Source: Escherichia phage vB_EcoP_IMEP8
Strand: one strand, 5' to 3'
DNA length: 64,000 nt
Sequence record: NC_070993.1
Position 1 is the first letter of the stretch. Each line of letters begins with the position of its first letter. Under the pieces are notes generated by a model, which was not told where the DNA came from, did not search any database, and saw only the letters and a list, made by a program, of their open reading frames with translations. Shown one piece after another: positions 1 to 9,776 of the stretch. Made by a program: the position numbers and the translations under genes.

Positions 1-295
1 AGCCTTTCTCTCACTCTTTAAAGGGGAACTAAATAAACGGGTGGGTAATGAATAGGATGGTATACACGGGGAAAGAATAACGGGGAGTAAGCACGGGGAA
101 ACGCTGGAACGTGGAAGGAGGTGTAAAGGCATTGCCAATAACCCTTTTTTAAATGAGGACTCCCCCCTTTTAGGAATTCGTCGCGGAGCGCCTAGCCCCA
201 CTCGGTCAAATCAGAATTTTAAACTCTTATATATAAGGTTGAAAGAGAACTTATGTGGAAAATCAAGTTAATCATTAAGCAATTCAAATGCAATC

Positions 296-493
296 ATGAG
301 TACTATCGGATACGCAAAGCTTACGGGGATGAAAGAGTTCACACTCTTTATAAGTCCACTTGGAGATGTAGTGAATGTGGTAAGCTTAAGCACAGCACAT
401 GGATGGATAGGCCTTAATGGAAATAATCTTTTGGTTAGTAATAGTCTTCTGTTTATTCATCTGCTTCTCTATAGCAAGATGTATCAAGTATGA
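296..493 (+). CDS. hypothetical small protein (65 aa)
   Basis: ORF from track; co-directional with the plus-strand arm; no recognisable motif. Confidence 0.25.
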   Translation: MSTIGYAKLTGMKEFTLFISPLGDVVNVVSLSTAHGWIGLNGNNLLVSNSLLFIHLLLYSKMYQV

Positions 494-531
494 CTAATGA
501 CATGGCCTTAACATGAGGGTGCCTTTATGAC

Positions 532-903
532 ATGCCCTTTACTTCAGCGTACACGGGTTGTTGGTATGAGGTAGTCATCAAAGATGACGTGGCCTTTACG
601 GGTTGGATATGCCTAGCCCTTTATACTCTTATTCAGAGGAGAAGAATTATGAATTTAGTATTAGATTTTTTATCAGAGATGGTGCCTCGGTTTAGGACGG
701 AGACATACGCTTTCGTAGTCAATAGTGACTCTGAAGAAGGGATGGAAGCTACATGCTTAGGTCGTCTTGTTGATTTAGATGATGAAACAGATTTCGATAT
801 TACAATTGATGTGAGTAGCTTAGGTTGGCTCTTCTTCAGAGCATTCCGCACTTACAAAGTAGAAACATACAAAGATTACAGCAAGGGAGAGACAGATGAA
901 TAA
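532..903 (+). CDS. hypothetical protein (123 aa)
   Basis: ORF from track; same orientation as downstream packaging genes; 8-nt overlap with next ORF suggests coupling. Confidence 0.4.
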   Translation: MPFTSAYTGCWYEVVIKDDVAFTGWICLALYTLIQRRRIMNLVLDFLSEMVPRFRTETYAFVVNSDSEEGMEATCLGRLVDLDDETDFDITIDVSSLGWLFFRAFRTYKVETYKDYSKGETDE

Positions 904-1465
904 TTTAATCAAAGCGATGGACCTTAACGAGTATAATTCACAGCTGTGTCGCTCTGGTTGTAGCTTACAACATTTAGAAACTATGGGAAACATCTCAGGA
1001 CTGGCTGTACAAGATTTGTATAGTGGAAGTATTCTTAAACCAAATATTACGGAGAACAAAAACATGTTAGATTTGATTCACACTACTCGCCCTAACTCTA
1101 AAACTAAATCAGCACCATCTACTCTGGAAGTAGTTGAATACGAATCTACTAAACATGACCACCTCCCTGACTATGCTCGTGCAATGATTGAGATGATTGA
1201 AGAAGCTGAATATGAAATGCTCCATGATTACATTACCTCCAAAGATGAATGGCATCGTGATGTTCGAATCGAAGAAGATGGTACAGAAACAATTACGTGG
1301 ATTCACAAGAGTGAGCTAGTAGACGACGCACTGCGAGACTACGAAAAATTTTTGGTCGACGGCTCTATTCTTTTAGAGGAAGAGAAGGATGTAGAACTTC
1401 CGTGGGAGGGTGAGACGATTGCTTTAGGTAAGATGTTTAACCTGTCCGTTGGTGATTGTAAGTAA
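896..1465 (+). CDS. hypothetical protein (189 aa)
   Basis: ORF from track; followed by a hairpin plus T-run terminator. Confidence 0.45.
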   Translation: MNNLIKAMDLNEYNSQLCRSGCSLQHLETMGNISGLAVQDLYSGSILKPNITENKNMLDLIHTTRPNSKTKSAPSTLEVVEYESTKHDHLPDYARAMIEMIEEAEYEMLHDYITSKDEWHRDVRIEEDGTETITWIHKSELVDDALRDYEKFLVDGSILLEEEKDVELPWEGETIALGKMFNLSVGDCK

Positions 1466-1470
1466 TGTTT

Positions 1471-1491
1471 GCCTCCCTTGGGAGGCTTTTT
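1471..1491 (+). terminator. putative rho-independent terminator
   Basis: GCCTCCC-TTG-GGAGGC stem-loop followed by TTTTT directly after the stop at 1465. Confidence 0.55.
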
Positions 1492-1521
1492 GTGTTGTTG
1501 ATAATGTAGAAGGAGTATAAA

Positions 1522-1995
1522 ATGTTTGGAGAAAACGGAGAACTCACACCTGCACAGGTAGCTGAGATTACAGGAAGATTACCCGGAGTAACGGAAGAAC
1601 TTGAAGGCCGTGGTATGAACCCAAGCAATGGGAAGTTTCAAAAGGGAAATAAATTCGGACGACCCAGAGGTAGTAGAGGTAAACTGACACAATTAATGTT
1701 GGACCGTGTTGCTGCAAGTCATTTGTCTCCTGATGAAGTGTTAATTCAAATTTACGAAGATCCTAATATTCCACCTGATCTTAGATTCAAGGCTGCATCA
1801 AAAGTTGCAGATCTGGTATATCCTAAGGCGGCCTCTGTTGAAGTTAAGATTGAGGAAGAGAATGTAATCAACGAAGAATCATTGAATGCACAAATCAAGG
1901 ACTTCTTGACTGGAGCACTTGGTATCGACGTTATGCCTCCAGAAGAAGACAACTCTGAGGACGCTGAAAAGGGGGAGGAAGCGGACGAGAGTTAA
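1522..1995 (+). CDS. putative terminase small subunit (157 aa)
   Basis: Position immediately upstream of large terminase; HTH-like N-terminus (TPAQVAEITG), basic middle, acidic C-terminus; RBS AGGAG before the ATG. Confidence 0.45.
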   Translation: MFGENGELTPAQVAEITGRLPGVTEELEGRGMNPSNGKFQKGNKFGRPRGSRGKLTQLMLDRVAASHLSPDEVLIQIYEDPNIPPDLRFKAASKVADLVYPKAASVEVKIEEENVINEESLNAQIKDFLTGALGIDVMPPEEDNSEDAEKGEEADES

Positions 1996-2111
1996 TTAAA
2001 GGAAGCTGTATGGGTGCTGGATTTTAAGTTAACCAGACTACAGCGAATAAGAGAGGGGGAGGTTCTTTGACGAAGGGACTTTCCCTTTTCTATTTTTAAA
2101 CTGGAGGAAGT

Positions 2112-3653
2112 ATGTCATTAGATAAACAAATTTATGAAGCTCTAACTGGTAACAACCTTAGTGTAGATGAAAAGAAAGCACTATTGAATATGTTGAAAGA
2201 GCGTGACCAATGGAGGAAGTATAATAGGATTTTGTCTTTCAAGGCGTATGACTTCCAAAAGAAATTTTATGCAGCAGGATTGAAGCATCGCTTTAGATTC
2301 TTGTGTGCAGCGAACCGTGTTGGTAAATCTTATAGCGAGGCATACGAGTTTGCTTGTCATGTCACAGGTCGCTACCCAACTTGGTGGACAGGGTATAAAT
2401 TTAAAAGACCTATCTTAGCATGGGCAGTAGGTATTACAGGGGATTCCACAAGGAAGGTATTGCAAAAGGAATTGTTTGGTACACCTATCGGAAAGGATAC
2501 AAATTTATTAGGGACAGGTGTCATTCCTCGTGATGCTATCGTCATTGATACGATAGAACGAGATGGTAACAAACTTCAAATCGTACAAATCAAACATCAA
2601 AATGAGAGAGGAGAGTTTGACGGTTTAAGTACATTAGAATTCCGTTCAACCCAACAGGGTGAACACACATTGATGGGTGCAACAGTTGACTACATTTGGT
2701 TAGACGAAGAAGATCCATACGAGTCTATGGCTATATTCGCACAGTGCGTCACACGTACACTCACAACTAAAGGTCTAGTTACAATTACAGCTACACCAGA
2801 GAACGGTTTAACTGAACTGGTAGATAAATTTATGAAAGGTGAAGGGGATGAGAGCACAGGTTCTCTATATTTCCAGAATGCTTCTTGGTGGGATGCTCAT
2901 GCAGACCTAGGTGGACATATCACTGACCAAGATATAAAAGATATGACTGAAGGTATTCCAGCGTGGCAGTTAGAGATGCGTTCAAAAGGTATGCCATTGT
3001 TAGGAAGTGGTTTGATATATGATGTACCGGATGACACAATTAAATGTGAACCATTCGAAATTCCTGATACGTGGAAACGTGTCTGTGCAATTGATATTGG
3101 TATTGATCACCCAACTGCTGCTGTTTGGACAGCTTACGACGCAAACACGGATACTATCTATGTTTACGACTCATATAAAGAAGGTGGCTTTACTCCAGTG
3201 TATCATGCTCCAGCTATTAATGGTCGTGGTCAGTGGATTCCTGTCATCCTACCGCATGATGCGGACAATATTGAGAAAGGTAGTGGCTCATCTGTTGCTC
3301 AGTTCTATAAGAATGCAGGAGTTAACGTACAGAGTGAGACCTTCTACAACAAAATTGGAATGGATGGTAAAAAGAACTTCTTTGTAGAACCGGGAATCAC
3401 AGATATCCGAGAAAGAATGATGAGTGGACGCTTTAAAGTCTTTAACACAGCCGCTAACGCTAAGCTATTCGAAGAGAAAGCTAGATATCACCGTAAGGTT
3501 GGTAAGATTATTAAAGAACATGATGACTTAATGGATGCAATGCGCTATTCAGCGTGCTCTGTTACACATCGTGGTCGCTCTAAGCATGATGTTAGCTACG
3601 GAAGCGCTTCTTTGTATGAGGCAAACGTAAGCAGATGGAATCAGAGCTACTAA
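2112..3653 (+). CDS. terminase large subunit (513 aa)
   Basis: Walker A-like NRVGKS, Walker B-like IWLDEED, RNaseH-like nuclease region (AIDIGIDHPTAAVW); size and position typical of TerL. Confidence 0.9.
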   Translation: MSLDKQIYEALTGNNLSVDEKKALLNMLKERDQWRKYNRILSFKAYDFQKKFYAAGLKHRFRFLCAANRVGKSYSEAYEFACHVTGRYPTWWTGYKFKRPILAWAVGITGDSTRKVLQKELFGTPIGKDTNLLGTGVIPRDAIVIDTIERDGNKLQIVQIKHQNERGEFDGLSTLEFRSTQQGEHTLMGATVDYIWLDEEDPYESMAIFAQCVTRTLTTKGLVTITATPENGLTELVDKFMKGEGDESTGSLYFQNASWWDAHADLGGHITDQDIKDMTEGIPAWQLEMRSKGMPLLGSGLIYDVPDDTIKCEPFEIPDTWKRVCAIDIGIDHPTAAVWTAYDANTDTIYVYDSYKEGGFTPVYHAPAINGRGQWIPVILPHDADNIEKGSGSSVAQFYKNAGVNVQSETFYNKIGMDGKKNFFVEPGITDIRERMMSGRFKVFNTAANAKLFEEKARYHRKVGKIIKEHDDLMDAMRYSACSVTHRGRSKHDVSYGSASLYEANVSRWNQSY

Positions 3654-3658
3654 AGTAA

Positions 3659-3688
3659 GGGGGAGGTTTGTCCTCCCTTCTTTTATTT
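3659..3688 (+). terminator. putative terminator or attenuator
   Basis: GGGAGG-TTTGT-CCTCCC hairpin followed by a T-rich run after the TerL stop. Confidence 0.4.
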
Positions 3689-3714
3689 AAGCTATCAACC
3701 GAGGGAGAGAATAG

Positions 3715-5958
3715 ATGGCTAAGCAAAAATATAGTGAAGAGGTGTTGGACGAGTTACGTGTTGACCTTCAACGTCGTTTTAATTACGCTCAAGGTTACGT
3801 TGACATGGCTGTTAAGGGCTATGCTCGTGAAGCTTGGGAATATTTCTATGGTAACTTACCTGCACCAGTAACTGCTGGCAGCTCTAGTTGGGTAGATCGT
3901 ACTGTTTGGGAATCTGTTAACGGTACATTGCAAGATATTATTAACGTATTCTGTTCTGGTGATGAAGCAGTTACTTTTGTGGCTGACAACCAACAGGACT
4001 CTGATGCTGCTGATGTAGCAACTAAACTAGTTAACCAAATTCTTCTGCGTGATAATCCGGGATACAATATTATCTCTTCTGCTGCACAAGAATGTCTGGT
4101 TACTCGTAACTCTTTTATCAAATATTATTGGGATGAGCACACTTCTACTCAAACTGAAGAGGCTGAAGGTGTACCACCGGAAGCATTAGCTGCATATGTT
4201 CAGGGATTAGAAGCTGGTGGACTCAAGAATCTGGAAGTCTTCACTGAAGAAAATGAAGATGGTACAGTTGATGTTAAAGTTACTTACGAACAAACTGTTA
4301 AACGCGTGAAGGTTGAATATGTTCCTTCAGAGCAAATCTTTGTTGACGAACATGCTACCTCTTTTGCAGATGCACAATACTTCTGTCATCGTGTACGTCG
4401 TTCTAAAGAAGATCTGGTTGCTATGGGCTTCCCTAAAGATGAGATTGAAGCATTCAACGACTGGACAGATACGATGGATACTACTCAATCTACAGTTGCT
4501 TGGTCTCGTACTGACTGGCGTCAGGATATTGATGCTGATATTGGTACAGATACCGAAGATATCGCTTCTATGGTTTGGGTTTATGAGCACTACATTCGTA
4601 CTGGTGTTCTAAATAAGAATAAAGAGTCTAAACTCTATCAGGTTATTCAAGCTGGTGAGCATATCCTTCACACTGAAGAAGTAACTCACATTCCGTTTGT
4701 AACCTTCTGCCCATATCCTATTCCGGGTTCCTTCTATGGTCAATCAGTCTATGACATTACGAAAGATATTCAAGATTTACGTACCGCGTTAGTTCGTGGT
4801 TATATTGATAACGTCAACAATGCTAACTATGGTCGATACAAAGCTCTTGTTGGTGCATATGATCGTCGCTCTCTGCTTGATAACCGTCCCGGTGGAGTGG
4901 TTGAAATGGAACGTCAGGACGCTATTGACCTGTTCCCATATCATAACCTACCTCAAGGTATTGACGGCCTCCTAGGCATGTCTGAGGAGCTTAAAGAGAC
5001 ACGTACAGGTGTAACCAAACTAGGCATGGGTATCAACCCTGATGTGTTTAAGAATGATAACGCTTATGCAACCGTAGGCTTGATGATGAATGCTGCACAG
5101 AACCGTCTCCGTATGGTATGTCGTAACATTGCTCACAACGGTATGGTTGAATTGATGCGTGGTATTTACAACCTTATCAGAGAAAATGGTGAAGTTCCTA
5201 TCGAGGTACAAACCCCTCGTGGTATGATTCAGGTAAATCCGAAACAATTGCCAGCTCGCCACAATCTTCAAGTTGTTGTAGCTATCTCTCCTAACGAGAA
5301 AGCAGAACGTGCACAGAAACTGATTAGCTTGAAACAGCTGATTGCAGCAGATGCACAGTTAGCACCTCTCTTTGGTTTGGAGCAAGACCGTTACATGACT
5401 GCACAGATCTTTGAGTTGATGGGTATTAAAGATACTCATAAATACCTTCTGCCTCTGGAACAGTATCAGCCTCCTGAGCCGTCTCCGATGGAAATCCTCC
5501 AGCTCGAGATGACTAAAGCACAGGTTGAGAACGTACAGGCTTCTTCTCAGAAGATGATTGCTGATGCATTCGACCAACGTGAACGTACTACATTCGAACA
5601 GCAGAAAGCTGCGGATGAATTAAGTCTGCGTCAGGAAGAGTTGCAGTTCAAGCAAGAAAATGCAGCAGATGCAATGACTCTGGAAAACCGTAAAGAAGAT
5701 AACAATGCTACTCTGGAACAAGCTAAGCACAAGTTAGCTCTTATGCAACAGCAGGTCCGTCAGTATGAATCTGTACTGAAAGAATTGCAGATGGTTATGT
5801 CTCATCAGGTAGACCAAGAGAAGATTGTTCAGCAAGCTCGTGTTCAGGATAAAACTTTGGAACTCCAAAAGAAAGAGGCTAATGTAACTAAGAAAGAGCA
5901 ACAAGCTTCTCTCAAAGATTCACGGATTCCAGGCAAACGTCTTGGAAGTAAAAACTAA
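3715..5958 (+). CDS. portal protein (747 aa)
   Basis: Large protein between TerL and scaffold; C-terminal coiled-coil/charged tail; canonical gene order. Confidence 0.75.
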   Translation: MAKQKYSEEVLDELRVDLQRRFNYAQGYVDMAVKGYAREAWEYFYGNLPAPVTAGSSSWVDRTVWESVNGTLQDIINVFCSGDEAVTFVADNQQDSDAADVATKLVNQILLRDNPGYNIISSAAQECLVTRNSFIKYYWDEHTSTQTEEAEGVPPEALAAYVQGLEAGGLKNLEVFTEENEDGTVDVKVTYEQTVKRVKVEYVPSEQIFVDEHATSFADAQYFCHRVRRSKEDLVAMGFPKDEIEAFNDWTDTMDTTQSTVAWSRTDWRQDIDADIGTDTEDIASMVWVYEHYIRTGVLNKNKESKLYQVIQAGEHILHTEEVTHIPFVTFCPYPIPGSFYGQSVYDITKDIQDLRTALVRGYIDNVNNANYGRYKALVGAYDRRSLLDNRPGGVVEMERQDAIDLFPYHNLPQGIDGLLGMSEELKETRTGVTKLGMGINPDVFKNDNAYATVGLMMNAAQNRLRMVCRNIAHNGMVELMRGIYNLIRENGEVPIEVQTPRGMIQVNPKQLPARHNLQVVVAISPNEKAERAQKLISLKQLIAADAQLAPLFGLEQDRYMTAQIFELMGIKDTHKYLLPLEQYQPPEPSPMEILQLEMTKAQVENVQASSQKMIADAFDQRERTTFEQQKAADELSLRQEELQFKQENAADAMTLENRKEDNNATLEQAKHKLALMQQQVRQYESVLKELQMVMSHQVDQEKIVQQARVQDKTLELQKKEANVTKKEQQASLKDSRIPGKRLGSKN

Positions 5959-5967
5959 GGACGTCGA

Positions 5968-6204
5968 ATGAACATTAGACATCAATTTAATAAAGAGCAC
6001 GCCGCCGCTTTGGCGGCTCTCAACCTTAACGGCAGTCTTGACGCAGCATTAGAGGCATTGAAAGAAAGACTCATGACAGAGATAGTTCAAACAGAACCTC
6101 ATGAGAATAAGAAACGCGAAGATTGTTATCAAAAGTATAAAATGGTTGGTAGCTTAAAAGAGGTCATAAAAGCTGCTATCAATAGTGCAGGAGATGTTTC
6201 ATAA
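5968..6204 (+). CDS. hypothetical small head-module protein (78 aa)
   Basis: ORF between portal and scaffold; stop overlaps next start (TAATG). Confidence 0.4.
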   Translation: MNIRHQFNKEHAAALAALNLNGSLDAALEALKERLMTEIVQTEPHENKKREDCYQKYKMVGSLKEVIKAAINSAGDVS

Positions 6205-7289
6205 TGCCACAAGATAATTATATTGACCCGAACGATTTTAAATCTTTCCTCCAACTGGATGACCTGAAAGGTTCTTTCAAAGAAGAACTCGGTCGATTAG
6301 AATCTGAACAAGAACCAGAAGTGGACATTGACGATGAGTTCCCGGAAAAAGACGGTGATGATTTCGACTTTGATACCGACCTTCTCGGTGAAAGCGATGT
6401 GCTTAAGTTCGAAGATGAAGATGGTTGGGAAGATCATGATGAGGAAGGCGAAGTCGAAGAAGATGAGGACGACTCTGATGAAGGTGCTGAAGACACTGAA
6501 GTAGAAGAGGAAGACTCAAGCGATACAGGATATGAAGATGATTCTGCTGACGGTGATGGTGAAGTCTTTGATGTAGACTACGAAACCGTTATCACCCTTC
6601 CTGATGGACGTGAGATGACTATTGAAGAACTCTCCAATGGCTATCTTACTGGTGCTGACATGACAGAACGAGAATCAACTCTTCAGCGTCACATGGAAGC
6701 ATTTGAGGAACGTGTAGTAGGTTTGAAGGATGTATTAGAATTAGCGTCTTTAGAAGCAGACCGAGTAATTGAAGATTACAACGGATTTGATTGGGACAAG
6801 CTTGCAGTAGAAGATCCTCAAGCATATGTTGAAAACAAACGTTTCTTAGAGAAGTACACAGCTCGCCGTCAACAGCTTGAACAGGCTCAGGTCCGTATTA
6901 AGCAGGAAGCAGCAGCTAAAGAGCAGGAAGCTTTCCAAGCCAAGAGCATTGAATGTGTTAATATTCTGAAACGTGAGATTCCAAATTGGGATGAAAACTT
7001 ATATCAAAACTTAATGCAATACGCAATTGACTTAGGTGCTACTGAAGAAGAAGTACTGAAGGAAAACCGTCCGTCTATTTTCTTAGCTCTACATAAAGCA
7101 TACCAATTTGATAAAGGTAAGCAACAGGTGATGGCTAAGATTAAACGTCCCGGTGCTCCACGCAAGGTTGTGAAGTCTGATGCTGCAAAGTCTCGCACTT
7201 CCAATAAGCCCGACAACGCTAAGGTTGCCAAGGCATTCGCAGAGGGTCGCGTTAGTCACGAAGACGCATTCAAATTCCTCGTAGATTAA
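6204..7289 (+). CDS. putative scaffolding protein (361 aa)
   Basis: Extremely acidic N-terminal half (D/E runs), helical/coiled-coil C-terminal half, position directly upstream of the capsid gene. Confidence 0.6.
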   Translation: MPQDNYIDPNDFKSFLQLDDLKGSFKEELGRLESEQEPEVDIDDEFPEKDGDDFDFDTDLLGESDVLKFEDEDGWEDHDEEGEVEEDEDDSDEGAEDTEVEEEDSSDTGYEDDSADGDGEVFDVDYETVITLPDGREMTIEELSNGYLTGADMTERESTLQRHMEAFEERVVGLKDVLELASLEADRVIEDYNGFDWDKLAVEDPQAYVENKRFLEKYTARRQQLEQAQVRIKQEAAAKEQEAFQAKSIECVNILKREIPNWDENLYQNLMQYAIDLGATEEEVLKENRPSIFLALHKAYQFDKGKQQVMAKIKRPGAPRKVVKSDAAKSRTSNKPDNAKVAKAFAEGRVSHEDAFKFLVD

Positions 7290-7330
7290 TCGACAAATTA
7301 AATTATTAATAGTATAGGAGCTAACATAAC

Positions 7331-8389
7331 ATGGCTAATCCAACTTTATTTGTATCGTATGACCAGAATGGTAAAAAACTTTCTTTTGCTAACTGGATTT
7401 CTGTTCTGTCCCCTCAGGATACCCCGTTCGTATCTATGACCGGTAAAGAGTCTATCAACCAGACTATCTTTAGCTGGCAGACCGATGCACTGGCAAGCGT
7501 TGACGGTAATAACGCACACGTCGAAGGCTCTCGTGCTGAAGACGGCGAAATGAAACCGACTGTTATCAAATCTAACGTTACTCAGATTCTGCGTAAGGTT
7601 GTTCGTGTTTCTGATACTGCTAACACCACCGCTAACTACGGTCGTGGTCGTGAACTGATGTATCAGCTGGAGAAGAAAGGTAAAGAGATCAAGCGTGACC
7701 TCGAGAAAATCCTTCTGTCCGGTCAGGCTCGTACCGACGTTCTGGCTGACCAGTACCTGACTAACTCTGCAACTGATCCTGCAACTGTTGGTCTGAACGA
7801 CACTCATGCAGCTCGTAAGACTGGTGCATTCCAGTTCCTGTGTGCTCACGGTGGTCTGGCTGGTGGCGTTGTTGACAAGACCAAGAATGGTCCTGCTGAC
7901 CCGGATACTGGTGCAGTAACTGTTAAAGTTGCACAGAATGCTTCTAACCCGACCACTAACATTGGTTTCGACGAAGCTGATATCTTTGATATGACCCTGC
8001 AACTGTATACCGCTGGTTCTGAAGCAGATATCATCATGATTAACCCAGCTCATGCTAAGATCTTCGCTGGTCTGCAAGAAAATACTCAGGGTTCACGTAA
8101 GCGTATCTTTGAGAACACCAAGCAGTTCATCTACGAAGTTAACAGCATCACTGACCCGCTGGGCCAGAGCTACAAAATCATCGTTAACCGTTGGATGCCT
8201 ACCGATGCAGTTTACTTCTTCCGTAGCGCTGACTGGACCCAGATGGTTCTGCGTGCTCCGAAACGTACTGAACTGGCTAAAGATGGTTCTTACGAGAAGT
8301 GGATGATTGAAATGGAAGTTGGTCTGCGTCACCGCAACCCGTACGCTTCCGGCGTTCTGTTCACTGCTGCGGGAAAGGTGGCGGCGTAA
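7331..8389 (+). CDS. major capsid protein (352 aa)
   Basis: Position after scaffold; size and composition consistent with an HK97-fold coat protein; followed by an Ig-like ORF reachable by -1 shift. Confidence 0.75.
   Translation: MANPTLFVSYDQNGKKLSFANWISVLSPQDTPFVSMTGKESINQTIFSWQTDALASVDGNNAHVEGSRAEDGEMKPTVIKSNVTQILRKVVRVSDTANTTANYGRGRELMYQLEKKGKEIKRDLEKILLSGQARTDVLADQYLTNSATDPATVGLNDTHAARKTGAFQFLCAHGGLAGGVVDKTKNGPADPDTGAVTVKVAQNASNPTTNIGFDEADIFDMTLQLYTAGSEADIIMINPAHAKIFAGLQENTQGSRKRIFENTKQFIYEVNSITDPLGQSYKIIVNRWMPTDAVYFFRSADWTQMVLRAPKRTELAKDGSYEKWMIEMEVGLRHRNPYASGVLFTAAGKVAA
8371..8377 (+). promoter_or_regulatory. candidate -1 programmed ribosomal frameshift slippery heptamer G_GGA_AAG
   Basis: Heptamer GGGAAAG sits in the capsid zero frame (codons GGA AAG) 4 codons before the stop; the -1 frame is open from 8311 through 8913. 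Confidence 0.5.
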
Positions 8390-8400
8390 CAGTAGACAGT

Positions 8401-8913
8401 GTGACTGTTAGCCCTGCGTCTTTAGCAAGTCTAGAGACAGGGGCTACTCGGCAGTTCACTGCAAGCGCGGAGAAAAGTGATGGTTCTACCGAAACAACTG
8501 GCTTTACTTGGTCAGTGACAGGAGGTGGTTCTATCACTCAGTCGGGTTTGTATACTGCTCCGAGTGCGTCTCAATCCACTGATGTATCCATTACTGCAAC
8601 TTTAGAGGGTGTTTCTGGTACAGCAACCATTTCTGAAATTGTTGCTCCTGCTCCTACTATTGTAGCTAAGGGTCCAATTACGGGTAAAACTGGTGGTTCC
8701 TCCACTAATTTCACTACCATGTTTACTGTAACTAATTCTGCTGCTGCGGATTACACGTTTGTTGTAACTCCTACAGAAGCTGGTACAGTAAGCGCCGCTG
8801 GTGCGTTAACCTTAGATGCTGCTGCAAGTGGCGAAGTTACTGTTCAAGCAAGTTTGACAGCTGACCCGTCCATCAATGCAACATGCACTTTTACTGGTGT
8901 AACACCTGCTTAA
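8401..8913 (+). CDS. Ig-like (Big_2-type) domain ORF, probable C-terminal extension of capsid protein via -1 frameshift
   Basis: No RBS in the 11 nt between capsid stop and this ORF; Thr/Ser/Ala-rich beta-strand pattern typical of bacterial Ig-like domains; frame is -1 relative to the capsid gene. Confidence 0.55.
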   Translation: MTVSPASLASLETGATRQFTASAEKSDGSTETTGFTWSVTGGGSITQSGLYTAPSASQSTDVSITATLEGVSGTATISEIVAPAPTIVAKGPITGKTGGSSTNFTTMFTVTNSAAADYTFVVTPTEAGTVSAAGALTLDAAASGEVTVQASLTADPSINATCTFTGVTPA

Positions 8914-8920
8914 AACTAGA

Positions 8921-8946
8921 CCCTGCCTTCGGGCGGGGTTTTTTCG
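8921..8946 (+). terminator. rho-independent terminator
   Basis: CCCTGCC-TTCG-GGCGGGG hairpin followed by TTTTTT. Confidence 0.65.
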
Positions 8947-8972
8947 TTTTAAGACCTATACAAGCCAGTGTG

Positions 8973-8981
8973 TAATGTATA
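8973..8981 (+). promoter_or_regulatory. TAATGTATA promoter-like motif
   Basis: Exact TAATGTATA 34 nt upstream of the ATG at 9015; same motif recurs at similar spacing upstream of other genes on both strands. Confidence 0.4.
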
Positions 8982-9014
8982 TTCTTTGTCTACATATAAC
9001 AAGGAGGACAACCT

Positions 9015-9767
9015 ATGGCAATGCCAGATGTTCAATACCCCATCAATACCTATGGGTGGCTAAAGAAGGCCGTGGCCCTCTGGGCAGATAGGGACGATGA
9101 TGAATTTGTTAATCAAATTCCAAACTTTATTAACTTTGCAGAGAAAGAAATCTATCGTAACTTACGTATTCCTCCTCTGGAAAAAGAAGTCTATTTAGAT
9201 ATTAAAGATGGAGTAGCTTATATTCCTCCTGACTACCTAGAAGCTCAATGGATTATGAGAGCCAAAGATGGTACAATCTTCCAAGTAACATCTCCTGAAG
9301 AGATTAGCTATCGTAGACAGCATGGAACAATTAGCCCATCTCACTGGAACAACCAACCTGTTAACTTTGCTCGTTTCGGGAGTCGTTTCATTTTCTATCC
9401 TAGTATTGAAGCAGATACTCCGTACTACCCTGATGATGGAAGCCCTCTGATCCCAGCAGAAAACTCAGTGATTCTTAGTTATTATGCAGACCCACCGGAA
9501 TTCCACGAAGATACAGATACCAGTGCTATTCTTACTATCGCACCAGAACTTCTTCTGTATTTCACTCTACGTCACGCTTGCTTGTTTGTTCAAGATGATA
9601 ATGGAGTTCAGAAATGGTCAGCATTAGGAAAAGCTATCCTTGATGAAATGGTAGAGCAGAATAAGAAACAAGAGTACTCAGGTTCACCTATCGCAATTCC
9701 GAATAACATGACTCGACTTCAGAGCAGCTTGCCTGATATTTATGGTATTCGTACTTCTCGTGTATAA
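9015..9767 (+). CDS. virion structural protein (putative head-tail adaptor or tail tubular protein; 250 aa)
   Basis: Position between capsid and tail-fibre genes; own promoter-like motif and RBS AAGGAGG. Confidence 0.35.
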   Translation: MAMPDVQYPINTYGWLKKAVALWADRDDDEFVNQIPNFINFAEKEIYRNLRIPPLEKEVYLDIKDGVAYIPPDYLEAQWIMRAKDGTIFQVTSPEEISYRRQHGTISPSHWNNQPVNFARFGSRFIFYPSIEADTPYYPDDGSPLIPAENSVILSYYADPPEFHEDTDTSAILTIAPELLLYFTLRHACLFVQDDNGVQKWSALGKAILDEMVEQNKKQEYSGSPIAIPNNMTRLQSSLPDIYGIRTSRV

Positions 9768-9776
9768 GGAGATAAT

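Noticed and set aside
1502-1510. TAATGTAGA promoter-like motif before the terminase small subunit gene
   Set aside because: One mismatch to the recurring motif and only 12 nt from the start codon, unlike the 34-60 nt spacing of the other copies; it overlaps the RBS region.
7346-8077. 243-aa minus-strand ORF inside the major capsid gene
   Set aside because: Fully antisense to a well-supported capsid gene in an arm where every credible gene is on the plus strand; skewed composition typical of an antisense shadow ORF.
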